The notes under the pieces were generated by a model. That model did no database searches. It was not told where the DNA came from and saw nothing but the letters and a program-made list of their open reading frames with translations. Made by a program: the position numbers and the translations under genes. 64,000 nt of DNA from Bacteroidia bacterium (GTDB taxonomy: Bacteria; Bacteroidota; Bacteroidia; AKYH767-A; OLB10), in the NCBI GenBank assembly GCA_017995075.1, contig JAGOJO010000001.1:14668-78667 (forward strand), written 5' to 3'. This document shows, in pieces, positions 1-9,838 of the stretch; the stretch's first letter is position 1, and each line of letters starts with the position of its first letter.

Positions 1-1238
1 CTCCTGTATTCAATGGTGCAGTTATCAACCGTGGTGTTTGGGATGGTGCAAACAACAACTACACCTGGTCACAAACTAATATCTATCATGCGTTCAGTCA
101 GGATCCTGCTGATGGTTCACAAAACATTTCTTCATTAGGTCACGTAGCATTCTCTGCTGATGGTCAAACTGGTTATGTTATGTTCATCGGTCGTGATTCA
201 ATCGACGATCACCTGTCTCCTATGCCTATCATCTACCGTTCAACTGATGCTGGTGCAACCTGGTCATTGTATTACAATGGTGACTTCTCTCCATTGTTCG
301 CTGGTTTCTTCCCAGCAAACCCTAATGGTGTTGAGCGTCCTTTCTGGTACACTCGTAACAGCACTGATATTCAAGTTGATGCTTATGGTAAACTCCACAT
401 CTTCTCTGAAATCGGTAATGCATCAAGCAATGACCCTGACTCATTAAACTACCTGAATGCATTCGGAACATTCTTCGATGTTTACGAAACAGCTGGTGGA
501 CAGTGGAATGCAATTTGGGTTGGAACAGGTCTTACTGAGCCTGATCGTATCGTTGCTCCAGCAACTACAAACACTTTCGGATGGGCTGTAGATTTCGATG
601 CTCGTCTGCAAATGGCTCGTTCAGCTGATGGAACTAAAATGGCTTACATGTGGATGGATACCGACACTCTGCTCGGAACATTGAACCTCTACCCTGATCT
701 TAAAGGTGCTGCTGCTGACTTCGCTAATGGCCTTTATACTGATGAAGTAAACTTCACTCAAGGTGGTGCTTACGATGCTAACAACTACTTCATGTGTGTT
801 GCTGGTGAAGGTTGGGATAACTCAGGTAACTTCGTTGTTCCTGTTATGACAAGCCGTCCTTTGAACTCAGGTGGTCTTGACACTAACCCATGGATGCATG
901 AGTGGGTAGGCGGAATCGAATTCGACGCTGCTGCATATGTAAACGCAATCACTGTTGGTGTGAATGAATTACCAATCAATGCTAACACTATCTCTGTATT
1001 CCCTAACCCAACTGCGAACGTTTCTAACCTCGTTATCGATCTTAAATCAAATGCTAACGTAAACGTTAACATCGTGAATGGTATCGGACAAGTTGTTAAA
1101 TCATTCGACTTCGGTTTCGCAACTGCAGGTAGCAACAGCTTCTCAATGGATCTTTCTACTCTTTCTACCGGCATCTACGTAATCCAGATGAACATCGGTG
1201 GCGAAGTAGCTACACGTGTACTGAGCATCCAGAAGTAA
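1..1238 (+). CDS. secreted BNR/Asp-box protein with T9SS (Por) C-terminal sorting domain; 5' end lies outside the window
   Basis: The frame is open from nt 3 to the stop at 1236-1238. The listed ATG at 180 is internal, since there is no upstream in-frame stop. Asp-box STDAGATW. The last ~80 aa (VFPNPTANVSNLVIDL...GIYVIQMNIGGEVATRVLSIQK) fit the T9SS type-A CTD pattern. Confidence 0.7.
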   Translation, partial: PVFNGAVINRGVWDGANNNYTWSQTNIYHAFSQDPADGSQNISSLGHVAFSADGQTGYVMFIGRDSIDDHLSPMPIIYRSTDAGATWSLYYNGDFSPLFAGFFPANPNGVERPFWYTRNSTDIQVDAYGKLHIFSEIGNASSNDPDSLNYLNAFGTFFDVYETAGGQWNAIWVGTGLTEPDRIVAPATTNTFGWAVDFDARLQMARSADGTKMAYMWMDTDTLLGTLNLYPDLKGAAADFANGLYTDEVNFTQGGAYDANNYFMCVAGEGWDNSGNFVVPVMTSRPLNSGGLDTNPWMHEWVGGIEFDAAAYVNAITVGVNELPINANTISVFPNPTANVSNLVIDLKSNANVNVNIVNGIGQVVKSFDFGFATAGSNSFSMDLSTLSTGIYVIQMNIGGEVATRVLSIQK

Positions 1239-1263
1239 TTCTGAGATCAGTCTCCATAAAAAA

Positions 1264-1296
1264 ACAGCCATCCGAAAGGGTGGCTGTTTTTTTTTA
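1264..1296. terminator. rho-independent terminator between convergent genes
   Basis: CAGCCATCC-GAAA-GGGTGGCTG hairpin followed by a T9 run. It sits between the + gene ending at 1238 and the - gene ending at 1348. Confidence 0.6.
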
Positions 1297-1347
1297 TGTC
1301 CTAAACTATAAGTAGTCGAATAACTCTGTCGGGAAGAACTTTGTATT

Positions 1348-2064
1348 TTATTTTAAATCAAAGAGTGAATCCACTCCCGGATAACGCTCTACATTAAATC
1401 CTTCTGCGTACTTAAAGCCTGCCTGTCGACCGAATTCAATTGCACGACCGTATAAAAATTCCAAAAACTCTTTTGAAGAAATAGCAGTATCAGGTTCACT
1501 GGAGGATGGATTATAAAATTGCGTTTTAAATGCCAATACAGCCAACATTTTCGTTTCCATAAACTCACTTATATCCACAACAAAATCCGGGCTCTGATAC
1601 CGATCCTGAACGTACCGATATACAACTTTGGGCCGCCAGGCTTCTTGTTTTACATCGTCCCAATAGGTCTCTATGCGATGAAGTCCGCTAAGAAAACAGG
1701 CAATCGACACTAAATCACCTCCCTTTTTATGATCCGGATGCCGATCATCAATCGCATTACAAATCACCATCTCCGGCCGATAATTCCGGATATAGGATAC
1801 CAACGCCATCTGATGCGCTTCATCATTGACGAAAAAACCGTCCTTGAAACACATGTTCGCCCTGAATTCAACGCCAAGTATTCCGGCAGAATCGGCAGCT
1901 TCCCGATCACGGTCATCGGCAGTTCCCCTTGTTCCTAACTCTCCTCTGGTCAAGTCGATAATACCCACTTTTTTCCCTTTAGAGATTTCTTTCAGGATGG
2001 TCCCTCCTGCTCCTAATTCAATATCATCAGGATGTGCACCAAATGCCAATAAGTCGATTTTCAT
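1348..2064 (-). CDS. bshB1: PIG-L/LmbE family N-acetylglucosaminyl deacetylase, BshB1-like (bacillithiol biosynthesis)
   Basis: The N-terminus MKIDLLAFGAHPDDIELGAGGT...DLTRGELGTRGT matches the LmbE/BshB1 signature (AHPDD metal-binding motif, DLT..EL..GT). Length is 238 aa. Confidence 0.7.
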   Translation of the reverse strand: MKIDLLAFGAHPDDIELGAGGTILKEISKGKKVGIIDLTRGELGTRGTADDRDREAADSAGILGVEFRANMCFKDGFFVNDEAHQMALVSYIRNYRPEMVICNAIDDRHPDHKKGGDLVSIACFLSGLHRIETYWDDVKQEAWRPKVVYRYVQDRYQSPDFVVDISEFMETKMLAVLAFKTQFYNPSSSEPDTAISSKEFLEFLYGRAIEFGRQAGFKYAEGFNVERYPGVDSLFDLK

Positions 2065-2119
2065 AGCCCATCAAAAATAACATATCCTTTGCCTTCAAAA
2101 AAACACGATTTTTGCACAA

Positions 2120-2785
2120 ATGGCCTTCTCCTTAAGTCAGTACCGAAAACTGGTACAACATGAATTCAGACTAGAGATGAAGAACAAACAGGCACTCACC
2201 AGCCTCTTTGTTTATTCACTGGCTTCCATTTATATATCCTACCTGAGTTACCGTCAACAATTGGATCCGGTCACCTGGAATGCTCTTTTCTGGATTATCA
2301 TGCTTTTTGCCGCAACTAATGCAATTGCCAGAAGTTTTTTGCAAGAAAGTCGTGGTTTACAGTTGTTTAACTACATATTACTAGACCCATCTAATGTCAT
2401 TTTAGCGAAAACAACCTATAATATTTTGCTACTCGCCTTTTTGGGATTTGTTAATCTGATCGCCTTTTCCTTGTTTTTCGAGTTACCAATTATTGACTTA
2501 TCACAGTTCCTTCTGGGACTGTTGCTCGGAAGCTTTGGCCTCTCCGCGGTGTTGACCCTGGTATCAGGAATCGTTGCCAGGGCACAAAGCAATGCAGCAC
2601 TAGTAGCGATTCTGGGCTTTCCATTACTCTTCCCGTTGCTGATAACCATTATCAAAGTGAGTCAAAATGCCATTGAAGGCGCCAGTTGGGCATCTAATCA
2701 GCCCTATTGGATAGTGCTTTTTGCCGTAAACAGTATCATTGTTACACTCTCCTTTCTACTCTTTCCCTACCTTTGGCGGGAATAA
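2120..2785 (+). CDS. ccmB: heme exporter protein CcmB (cytochrome c maturation, System I)
   Basis: A 221-aa polytopic membrane protein with an N-terminal FRLEM..K motif like CcmB. It is first in a ccmB-C-D-E-F gene order. Confidence 0.6.
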   Translation: MAFSLSQYRKLVQHEFRLEMKNKQALTSLFVYSLASIYISYLSYRQQLDPVTWNALFWIIMLFAATNAIARSFLQESRGLQLFNYILLDPSNVILAKTTYNILLLAFLGFVNLIAFSLFFELPIIDLSQFLLGLLLGSFGLSAVLTLVSGIVARAQSNAALVAILGFPLLFPLLITIIKVSQNAIEGASWASNQPYWIVLFAVNSIIVTLSFLLFPYLWRE

Positions 2786-2796
2786 AATTACCCCTC

Positions 2797-3471
2797 TTGA
2801 AAAAGTCAATCGCTCATTCCGGCTGGTGGAAATTCCTGGCAATCGGTCTGCTTGTTTATACGTACATCATGGGCTTTAAAGGAACAGTTCCTGAAATGCC
2901 CATATTACATGAAACCATTCGTAACCTCTATTTCCATGTTACGATGTGGATGGCTATGCTCGTTTTAATGTTTTGTAATGCTGTTTACAGTATTAAATAT
3001 CTGGGCAGCTCCAACCGGTACCACGATAATGTAGCTGAAGAATGTGCCCGCACTGCTATGGTATTTGCATTGGCCGGGTTGATAACCGGTATGATATGGG
3101 CCAACTTTACCTGGGGCGCACCTTGGGTAAACGATCCACAATTAAATGGAACTGCAGCCAGCATGTTGATATATGCAGCTTATTTCATTTTGCGAAATGC
3201 CATACAGGATGATAATAAAAAAGCCAGATTAGCAGCTGTCTATAGTATTTTTGCATTTGTCATGATGTTCGTCTTCATTATGGTTCTACCTAAAATGAAC
3301 GACTCGCTGCATCCAGGCAAAGGAGGAAATCCAGGGTTTAATAAATATGACCTCGACTCCAATATGCGCATGGTGTTTTATCCGGCAGTAATCGGATGGA
3401 CCTTACTTGGTGTATGGATGATGAGTCTCAGAGTTCGAATTAAAAAAATTGAAATAGCACAAAATGATTAA
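2797..3471 (+). CDS. ccmC: heme exporter protein CcmC; probable TTG start at 2797 (the longest ORF begins at TTG 2707 and would overlap ccmB)
   Basis: Membrane protein with a W-rich segment (NFTWGAPWVNDP) typical of CcmC. LKKSIAHSGWWKFLAIGLL resembles a CcmC N-terminus. Position fits the ccm cluster. Confidence 0.65.
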   Translation: MKKSIAHSGWWKFLAIGLLVYTYIMGFKGTVPEMPILHETIRNLYFHVTMWMAMLVLMFCNAVYSIKYLGSSNRYHDNVAEECARTAMVFALAGLITGMIWANFTWGAPWVNDPQLNGTAASMLIYAAYFILRNAIQDDNKKARLAAVYSIFAFVMMFVFIMVLPKMNDSLHPGKGGNPGFNKYDLDSNMRMVFYPAVIGWTLLGVWMMSLRVRIKKIEIAQND

Positions 3472-3682
3472 TCGACTGAAAACAATTCTTCTCTTCTGTA
3501 GTTTGATATTTATCACGCTCTCTGCTACTGCTCAGGATACAGGAGCTGCAGATATGATGCGATCAGAAGGGAAGATAAATGTTGTAATTGTGATTGCAGC
3601 ATTGGTATTGGTATTCATGGGTGTATACATGTTCAGCATTGATAAAAAAGTCAGTAAATTAGAGAAGAACGCAAAACAGTAA
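3464..3682 (+). CDS. small CcmD-like membrane protein (Bacteroidetes alternative CcmD family)
   Basis: 72 aa with an N-terminal signal-like segment and one C-terminal TM helix. It overlaps the ccmC stop by 8 nt and lies between ccmC and ccmE. Confidence 0.5.
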   Translation: MINRLKTILLFCSLIFITLSATAQDTGAADMMRSEGKINVVIVIAALVLVFMGVYMFSIDKKVSKLEKNAKQ

Positions 3683-3704
3683 TTACTATTAATACTCCAT
3701 TACG

Positions 3705-4109
3705 ATGAAAAAAATACACATTATAGCCATAGTCGTGATTGCGGTTGCACTTGCAGTAATTGTAAGTACCATTAGTAATTCAAGTACCTATGCTCCCTTC
3801 CGAACGGCGATAGAGAATGAGGGCAAAACATTTCACGTTGTAGGGAAAGTTAATTTGCAAAAAGACTTCATCTATAATCCTGAAGTAAATGCCAACCTTT
3901 TTGGATTTTATCTTGTAGACAATGAAGGTGTAGAAAAACTGGTAATGTATAATGGCACCAAGCCACAGGACTTTGAACGATCAGAGCAAATTGTGGTTGT
4001 TGGAAAAATGAACGGCAGTGATTTTCACGCCAATCAACTCCTGATGAAATGTCCATCAAAGTACAACGGCAATCAGCAGGATCAAATGAAAGCAGTGAGC
4101 AACGGCTGA
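3705..4109 (+). CDS. ccmE: cytochrome c maturation heme chaperone CcmE
   Basis: 134 aa with an N-terminal TM anchor. FRLTD/VVGKV-like OB-fold region (FHVVGKVNLQKD...QIVVVGKMNG) typical of CcmE. Confidence 0.7.
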   Translation: MKKIHIIAIVVIAVALAVIVSTISNSSTYAPFRTAIENEGKTFHVVGKVNLQKDFIYNPEVNANLFGFYLVDNEGVEKLVMYNGTKPQDFERSEQIVVVGKMNGSDFHANQLLMKCPSKYNGNQQDQMKAVSNG

Positions 4110-4176
4110 TTCAATCCCAACACGAGTACCTTTTCAGCATTAAAGTAAAAGCGCATACGGCGCAGAGAACCAAACT

Positions 4177-6609
4177 ATGGAAATTCAATATCAGGGAGAA
4201 CACTTAGGATACGGCCAGTTCGGAAATATCATGGTGATTCTATCCTTCAGTGCTGCGTTATTATCTGCATTGTCGTATCTATTTGCGGTGATTCGAAAAA
4301 ATGATGACCCTTCTGCCTGGATAAAACTCGCACGAACCAGCTTCACACTTCATGCTTCCGGTACTATTGGTATTGTTATCCTGCTTTACTATCTCATTCA
4401 CGGACACTTTTTTGAGTACTACTATATCTGGCAACACTCAAACACGGTACTGCCTATAAAATATATGTGGGCTTGTTTATGGGAAGGACAGGAAGGTAGT
4501 TTTCTTATTTGGTCTTTCTGGCATGTTGTTTTATCCTTCTTTATCATCCATAAAGCGAAACATTGGGAAGCACCTGTCATGTTTTCTGTAATGACAATAC
4601 AGACATTTCTCGCATCAATGTTGCTTGGACTAGAGATCAGCGGAATTAAAATCGGATCCAATCCGTTCATTCTGCTTAGAGATCATCCTGACTTTGCCAA
4701 TCTGCCGTTTATTCAGATGGGTGATTATCTCTCGAAAATAAAAGACGGAAGAGGATTAAATCCATTGCTTCAGAACTATTGGATGGTAATACACCCTCCT
4801 ACACTATTTCTTGGATTCGCAGCAACCGCTATTCCATTTGCCTATGCTATTGGCGGACTCATTAGCGGAAAAGTGCGGGAATGGGTACAACCTTCATTAC
4901 CCTGGATATACTTCGGCGTAATGATTTTAGGAACCGGAATTCTGATGGGAGGAGCCTGGGCTTATGAGTCATTAAGCTTTGGTGGATTCTGGGCCTGGGA
5001 TCCGGTAGAAAATGCGAGCCTTGTCCCCTGGTTAACGCTTGTTGGTGCAGCACACGTTTTATTGGTTTACAGAAAGAAGAACACTTCCTTGCTCAGCAGT
5101 TATATCCTCGTTATTACGACTTTCCTGCTGGTCTTGTATTCTACTTTTCTTACCCGAAGCGGTATCCTCGGAGATACATCCGTTCATGCATTCACCGATT
5201 TAGGAATGCGGGGGCAATTGATCTTATATATGGCCTTCTTCGTTGTTCTTTCGGTCATTCTACTCATTGCAAAAAGAAAGTCCATCAGCAATCCCGAAAA
5301 CACGCCTGAAGATCATATCAGCAGCAGAGAATTCTGGATGTTCATGGGAATGCTCATCCTTGTAATTTCAGCTGTACAGATAACTATCACCACCTCCATC
5401 CCTGTAATCAATAAAGTTTTCGGAACGAAGATGGCACCACCGGCAGATGCTATTGACTTTTATAATTCATGGCAAGTTCCATTGGCGGTAGTGATCGCAT
5501 TACTCATGGCGATATCCCAATTTGCAAAATGGAACAAGTCAGATCTTCGTCAAACCGGAAAAAATCTTCTTTTATCATTTACTGTTGCATTGATTGCTAC
5601 CGTAGCAACCGAACTCTATTTTCATTTCAACCGCTTTCAGTTTTTACTCTTACTCTTCACTTCCATTTGGGCATTCGTAGCCAACCTCGACTACTGGATT
5701 CGCATATTAAAAGGAAAAACCCAACATGCAGGTGCCAGTATCGCCCACATGGGAATTGCTTTTATTCTTTTAGGCGCTTTAATTTCAAACACAGAAAAGC
5801 AGGTAATCAGTCAAAATCAATTAGCCGTTGATCTTGGCAAAGACTTCCCCAACAATGAGAATATCCTCCTCTATCAGGCTGATACTATGTCAATGGGAGA
5901 ATTTTATGTCACCTACAAGGATAAAAAAGTTGAAGGGATTAATATTTTTTACGAAGTAGAATATTTCAAACCTAATGCATCAACAGGAGTACTTGAAAAA
6001 GCATTTTCGCTCTTCCCAACTGTTCAGTTAAATGAAAGGATGGGTAATGTAAGTGAACCATCAACCAAACACTTTATTAATCGGGATATTTATACTCACG
6101 TAACTTATGCTGAACTGGATGACAAAAACGATGCTTCTGCAGCCGAAGGTTATAAGCCAGGTAAGAAGTTCGAAATGGCCATCGGTGACACCATCACAAC
6201 CAGCAACAGTCTGGTTGTACTACAGGCACTGAACAAGGATATCGACAAGGAGAAACTCCTGTTGAATGAAAACGACATTGCAGTCGGAGCCAGATTAATC
6301 ATCATGGATATCAATAAAAAAATCCATTCTGCAGAACCTGTTTTTGTCCTTCGCGAAAACACCTACTTCGGCCGACCAGTTGAAAACACACTCCTGGGAC
6401 TGAGATTTAATTTTAACAAGATTATCCCGGAAGAGAATAAAATCGAAATTGAAGTTGAAGAAAAGGAAGGGAATTCAAGAGAGTTCATCATTATGAAAGC
6501 AATCATTTTCCCACAGATTAACATTCTCTGGATTGGATGTTTGCTAATGATAATAGGCACATGGATTTCGATAGTCAAACGAATTCGACAGTCCAGAGAA
6601 AAATCCTGA
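4177..6609 (+). CDS. ccmF: cytochrome c-type biogenesis protein CcmF (heme lyase subunit)
   Basis: 810-aa polytopic membrane protein with the WACLWEGQEGSFLIWSFWH (WWD-domain) signature of the CcmF/NrfE family and a C-terminal periplasmic domain plus a final TM. Confidence 0.85.
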   Translation: MEIQYQGEHLGYGQFGNIMVILSFSAALLSALSYLFAVIRKNDDPSAWIKLARTSFTLHASGTIGIVILLYYLIHGHFFEYYYIWQHSNTVLPIKYMWACLWEGQEGSFLIWSFWHVVLSFFIIHKAKHWEAPVMFSVMTIQTFLASMLLGLEISGIKIGSNPFILLRDHPDFANLPFIQMGDYLSKIKDGRGLNPLLQNYWMVIHPPTLFLGFAATAIPFAYAIGGLISGKVREWVQPSLPWIYFGVMILGTGILMGGAWAYESLSFGGFWAWDPVENASLVPWLTLVGAAHVLLVYRKKNTSLLSSYILVITTFLLVLYSTFLTRSGILGDTSVHAFTDLGMRGQLILYMAFFVVLSVILLIAKRKSISNPENTPEDHISSREFWMFMGMLILVISAVQITITTSIPVINKVFGTKMAPPADAIDFYNSWQVPLAVVIALLMAISQFAKWNKSDLRQTGKNLLLSFTVALIATVATELYFHFNRFQFLLLLFTSIWAFVANLDYWIRILKGKTQHAGASIAHMGIAFILLGALISNTEKQVISQNQLAVDLGKDFPNNENILLYQADTMSMGEFYVTYKDKKVEGINIFYEVEYFKPNASTGVLEKAFSLFPTVQLNERMGNVSEPSTKHFINRDIYTHVTYAELDDKNDASAAEGYKPGKKFEMAIGDTITTSNSLVVLQALNKDIDKEKLLLNENDIAVGARLIIMDINKKIHSAEPVFVLRENTYFGRPVENTLLGLRFNFNKIIPEENKIEIEVEEKEGNSREFIIMKAIIFPQINILWIGCLLMIIGTWISIVKRIRQSREKS

Positions 6610-6624
6610 TTAACCTTTTATAAC

Positions 6625-7392
6625 ATGGAAGCAGGGATCATCGGAAGTGGCAATCTTGCCTGGCATTTAGCACAACGATGTGCAGAAAAAGGAATCCCTG
6701 TTCGCTTTATCGCTGGCAGAAATAAAAAGGAAGTTTCCTCGCTTGCAAAGAAATGCAATGCAGTTGTTTGCAGCGAAATCCCACCTACCAAGTCTAAATC
6801 CTTCTTACTTTTTCTATGTGTAGCAGATGATGCTATTCAACAAATTGCAGGTTCCTGTCAATCACTGGGGTATCATCTGATACATTGCTCTGGAATGAAA
6901 CCCTTGTTATTTCCAGATAAGCAAGAAGTCAAATCAGGTGTGTTTTATCCTGTACAATCATTTTCAAAAAAGATAGAGACTGACTGGGATACAATACCTG
7001 TTTGCCTGGAAAGCAACAATCCCGCCACTTTAAAACTGCTCAAGAAGCTATCAAATAGCATCGCCGGAAAATCACAGCAACTGAACAGCGAACAAAGAGC
7101 CACGGTACATATCGCAGCTGTTTTCGCAAATAATTTCTCTAACGCGCAATTCATTATTGCATCTGAAATATTAAAAGAAGCCGGACTACCTTTCACTCTC
7201 GTAAAGCCACTGATTTTACAAACCGCTAAAAAAACACTTCAGTTTTCACCGGAAGAGATTCAAACTGGGCCTGCCCGCAGACACGACCTTTCCAGTATCA
7301 GAGCCCATAAGCTGCTGCTTAAAAAAAATCCGTCAGCATTGAAAGTTTATTCAACGCTGACGGAATTCCTTTTGAAGCATTATCCGAAATAG
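6625..7392 (+). CDS. Rossmann-fold NAD(P)-binding protein, DUF2520-like
   Basis: N-terminal GxGxxG-like MEAGIIGSGNLAWHLA. Overall layout resembles 'Rossmann-like and DUF2520 domain' proteins. Starts 15 nt after ccmF. Confidence 0.55.
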   Translation: MEAGIIGSGNLAWHLAQRCAEKGIPVRFIAGRNKKEVSSLAKKCNAVVCSEIPPTKSKSFLLFLCVADDAIQQIAGSCQSLGYHLIHCSGMKPLLFPDKQEVKSGVFYPVQSFSKKIETDWDTIPVCLESNNPATLKLLKKLSNSIAGKSQQLNSEQRATVHIAAVFANNFSNAQFIIASEILKEAGLPFTLVKPLILQTAKKTLQFSPEEIQTGPARRHDLSSIRAHKLLLKKNPSALKVYSTLTEFLLKHYPK

Positions 7393-7399
7393 TACGCTG

Positions 7400-7603
7400 T
7401 TACTTTTTAGGACAGGTATTTAAACCAACCAATGGATATAAAGGACAAAATTTCACAAGGCTGGTAAGAATAAATACTGCAGCAAGAACCAGAAGTACAA
7501 TGCCCGTAGTTCCGGTTACTGTTTCAGTTGCATAAAGAGCAATCATCACAAGTGCGAGGATTACACGGATTAAACGATCGGTATTACCCATATTAGCTTT
7601 CAT
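7400..7603 (-). CDS. DUF2892 (YgaP-like) small membrane protein
   Basis: 67 aa. MK.NMG..DRLIRV..A and C-terminal CPLY..VGLNTC motifs typical of DUF2892. Confidence 0.5.
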   Translation of the reverse strand: MKANMGNTDRLIRVILALVMIALYATETVTGTTGIVLLVLAAVFILTSLVKFCPLYPLVGLNTCPKK

Positions 7604-7667
7604 AGCGGTTTGTTTTAAGTACAGAGCAAAACTACATGTCGAAACATCGTTTATTCTGTGACTGCAC

Positions 7668-8309
7668 TCACAAAGCCTGGCTGATCTTTATCATACCTCT
7701 GGAAAGCTCCACTTTGCCCTCTGTCTCCCAAGTTTTAAGCAAACGGGAAACAACCTCCCTTGCAGTTCCCAGATCATCCGCCAATTGCTGATGCGTGACC
7801 TGAATAGAAGAATTACCCTGAAGTTGCGCCTTACGCTTCAGATGGTCCGACAATCGCTCATCAAGCTTATGAAAAGCCAGACTATTGAAAGACTCTAACA
7901 ACTCCTCAAAACGACGATAGTACAGTCGAACAATAAAAAGGTTCCAGGACGGGTACAACCTCGCCCAATCATCCAGAAACTTAACTGGCAATAAAACCAC
8001 TTCACACTCATCCTCTGTAATCGCCTTTACCCTGCTAGCCTCATGAAACAATGCTGCAGCATAAGAGGCGATACAACTTTCACCGGAAGAAATATAATAC
8101 AGAAGGATATCTCTTCCTGTACGATCCGTTCTGGTTACTTTTAAGCTTCCTTTTACTAATAAAGGCAGGAAATGAACTGTATCGTCTTCCTTCAGTAAAA
8201 CCGAACCGGCAGGAAATGATTTGAAAACACAATGTTCGGAAAAGGCATCCTTTAACCCTTTTTCAATTAGGAATGGAAAATGTTGGATGATGAGTTCAGC
8301 AGGAATCAT
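7668..8309 (-). CDS. Crp/Fnr family transcriptional regulator
   Basis: cNMP-binding-like beta-roll region followed by a C-terminal HTH (VTHQQLADDLGTAREVVSRLLK). Confidence 0.8.
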   Translation of the reverse strand: MIPAELIIQHFPFLIEKGLKDAFSEHCVFKSFPAGSVLLKEDDTVHFLPLLVKGSLKVTRTDRTGRDILLYYISSGESCIASYAAALFHEASRVKAITEDECEVVLLPVKFLDDWARLYPSWNLFIVRLYYRRFEELLESFNSLAFHKLDERLSDHLKRKAQLQGNSSIQVTHQQLADDLGTAREVVSRLLKTWETEGKVELSRGMIKISQAL

Positions 8310-8336
8310 AGTTTCTACTACAATAATAACTGAATT

Positions 8337-8936
8337 TTACTTTCCACCACCAAAAGGGAAAACTCTTTTCATATGATCCAGTCTGGAATCTGAATGATGA
8401 GGAAAAACTCCACGGTTGACAGTCCGTATATCTTCAATTGAATAAAAAGCATCCGGATGATGTTCCTGGATCAAATCTCTTACCAGTGCGATGTCTTTAC
8501 GCTTGACGATAGTAAGGAGAATTTTCACAGGCCCTTTGGAACCTTGACCATCAATAACAGTAACGCCGAATTCATGTTCAAACAAGGCTGTTTTTAAATT
8601 AGTAGCATCCTTTTGCGTAAAAATCCTCATGATCTGCAGTCCAAGTGCCAACCTTTCTTCAATCTTTATTCCAACAAAGATTCCCATAGAATAACCCAGC
8701 GCATAAGCTATAAAACACACTGGATTATGCAAATTCTTCATGATCTGACTAATGGCCAACAACCAGATAAGCACCTCTATAAATCCTAAAAAAGGCACGA
8801 TATACTTCACAGATTTACTCAAAAAAATATTCCGCAAGGTAGCCAGGGTAACATCGCTCATCCTCGCCAGAAAAATCAGGAAAGGAAGAATCACCCACTG
8901 AAATAATTCTGAATTTACAAACGCCGAATCAAACAT
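8337..8936 (-). CDS. UPF0316/DUF2179 family membrane protein
   Basis: N-terminal TM helices plus a C-terminal GVTVIDGQG...IVKRKD...AFYSIEDIR segment resembling YebE/UPF0316 proteins. Confidence 0.55.
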   Translation of the reverse strand: MFDSAFVNSELFQWVILPFLIFLARMSDVTLATLRNIFLSKSVKYIVPFLGFIEVLIWLLAISQIMKNLHNPVCFIAYALGYSMGIFVGIKIEERLALGLQIMRIFTQKDATNLKTALFEHEFGVTVIDGQGSKGPVKILLTIVKRKDIALVRDLIQEHHPDAFYSIEDIRTVNRGVFPHHSDSRLDHMKRVFPFGGGK

Positions 8937-9627
8937 GTGATTTAATTAATTTATTAACGACATCAGGAACACCTGCACCTGCTTTATTCCGGATCAATGT
9001 AAAATCATGCGCACCCGCCGGAAGTTCGGCAGCAGGATCAATTAAGATTTTCATAGCATGATCAGGAGCATACACTACAAGACTCGCTGCAGGATAAACT
9101 TCAAGAGAGGTTCCAATGACAATAAAAATATCAGCTGACTGTGTAATCGAAATGGCCATATCCATTGCCGGAACACTTTCACCAAACCATACTATATGAG
9201 GACGCAACTGACTCCCCTTCTCACACCGGTCACCTGGATTCAGGTCGCTTCCTTCAATCGTATAGATTAATCGTGGATCAAAAGTGCTCCTCGACTTTCT
9301 GATTTCACCATGTAAATGAAGAACATTACCCGAACCTGCGCGTTCGTGCAAATCATCAATATTCTGTGTTATAATCTGAACATCGAAATATTCTTCCAAT
9401 TGAACCAAAGCCAGGTGCGCTGCATTGGGGATAGCCTCCAGTACTTGTTTACGCCGTTGATTGTAAAATTTCAAAACAAGTTCCTGATTCGCAGCCCATG
9501 CCTGAGGAGTGGCCACTTCTTCAATACGGAACTCCTCCCAGAGACCACCTGAATCCCTGAAAGTACGAATTCCACTTTCTGCACTTACTCCTGCACCGGT
9601 TAATACAACGATTCTTTTTTTCATCAT
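8929..9627 (-). CDS. cobB: NAD-dependent protein deacylase, Sir2 family (CobB). The longest ORF extends to 9654; MMKKRIVVLTGAG is the more typical start.
   Basis: GAGVSAESGIRTFRDSGGLWEE Rossmann/NAD motif of sirtuins. Overlaps the upstream gene by 8 nt. Confidence 0.85.
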   Translation of the reverse strand: MMKKRIVVLTGAGVSAESGIRTFRDSGGLWEEFRIEEVATPQAWAANQELVLKFYNQRRKQVLEAIPNAAHLALVQLEEYFDVQIITQNIDDLHERAGSGNVLHLHGEIRKSRSTFDPRLIYTIEGSDLNPGDRCEKGSQLRPHIVWFGESVPAMDMAISITQSADIFIVIGTSLEVYPAASLVVYAPDHAMKILIDPAAELPAGAHDFTLIRNKAGAGVPDVVNKLIKSHV

Positions 9628-9838
9628 TCCGCTAGAACCAACAAAATTCCACATTTCCCAAATACAATTCGATGAAATAAAACGAATATTTTAACCATCT
9701 GCGGTTAAAAAGATCCAGGAATTCATACAACCAACTGGCCAAAAGCTACCTGCAGTTTACTCCATCCCTGAAAACCATTTCGCTAAAATCTCTGAATGAA
9801 ACGATGGAGAATAAAATCCAATACTCCTCTACTCTATC

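Noticed and set aside
2707-2796. The longest ccmC ORF starting at TTG 2707
   Set aside because: It would overlap ccmB by 79 nt, and the first 30 residues (MDSAFCRKQYHCY...) are not CcmC-like. The TTG at 2797 gives a canonical N-terminus (LKKSIAHSGWWKF...).
5469-5831. 120-aa ORF inside ccmF, and similar internal ORFs (4422-4670, 4862-5053, 6150-6578)
   Set aside because: They are embedded in or antisense to the CcmF coding frame. Composition-driven.
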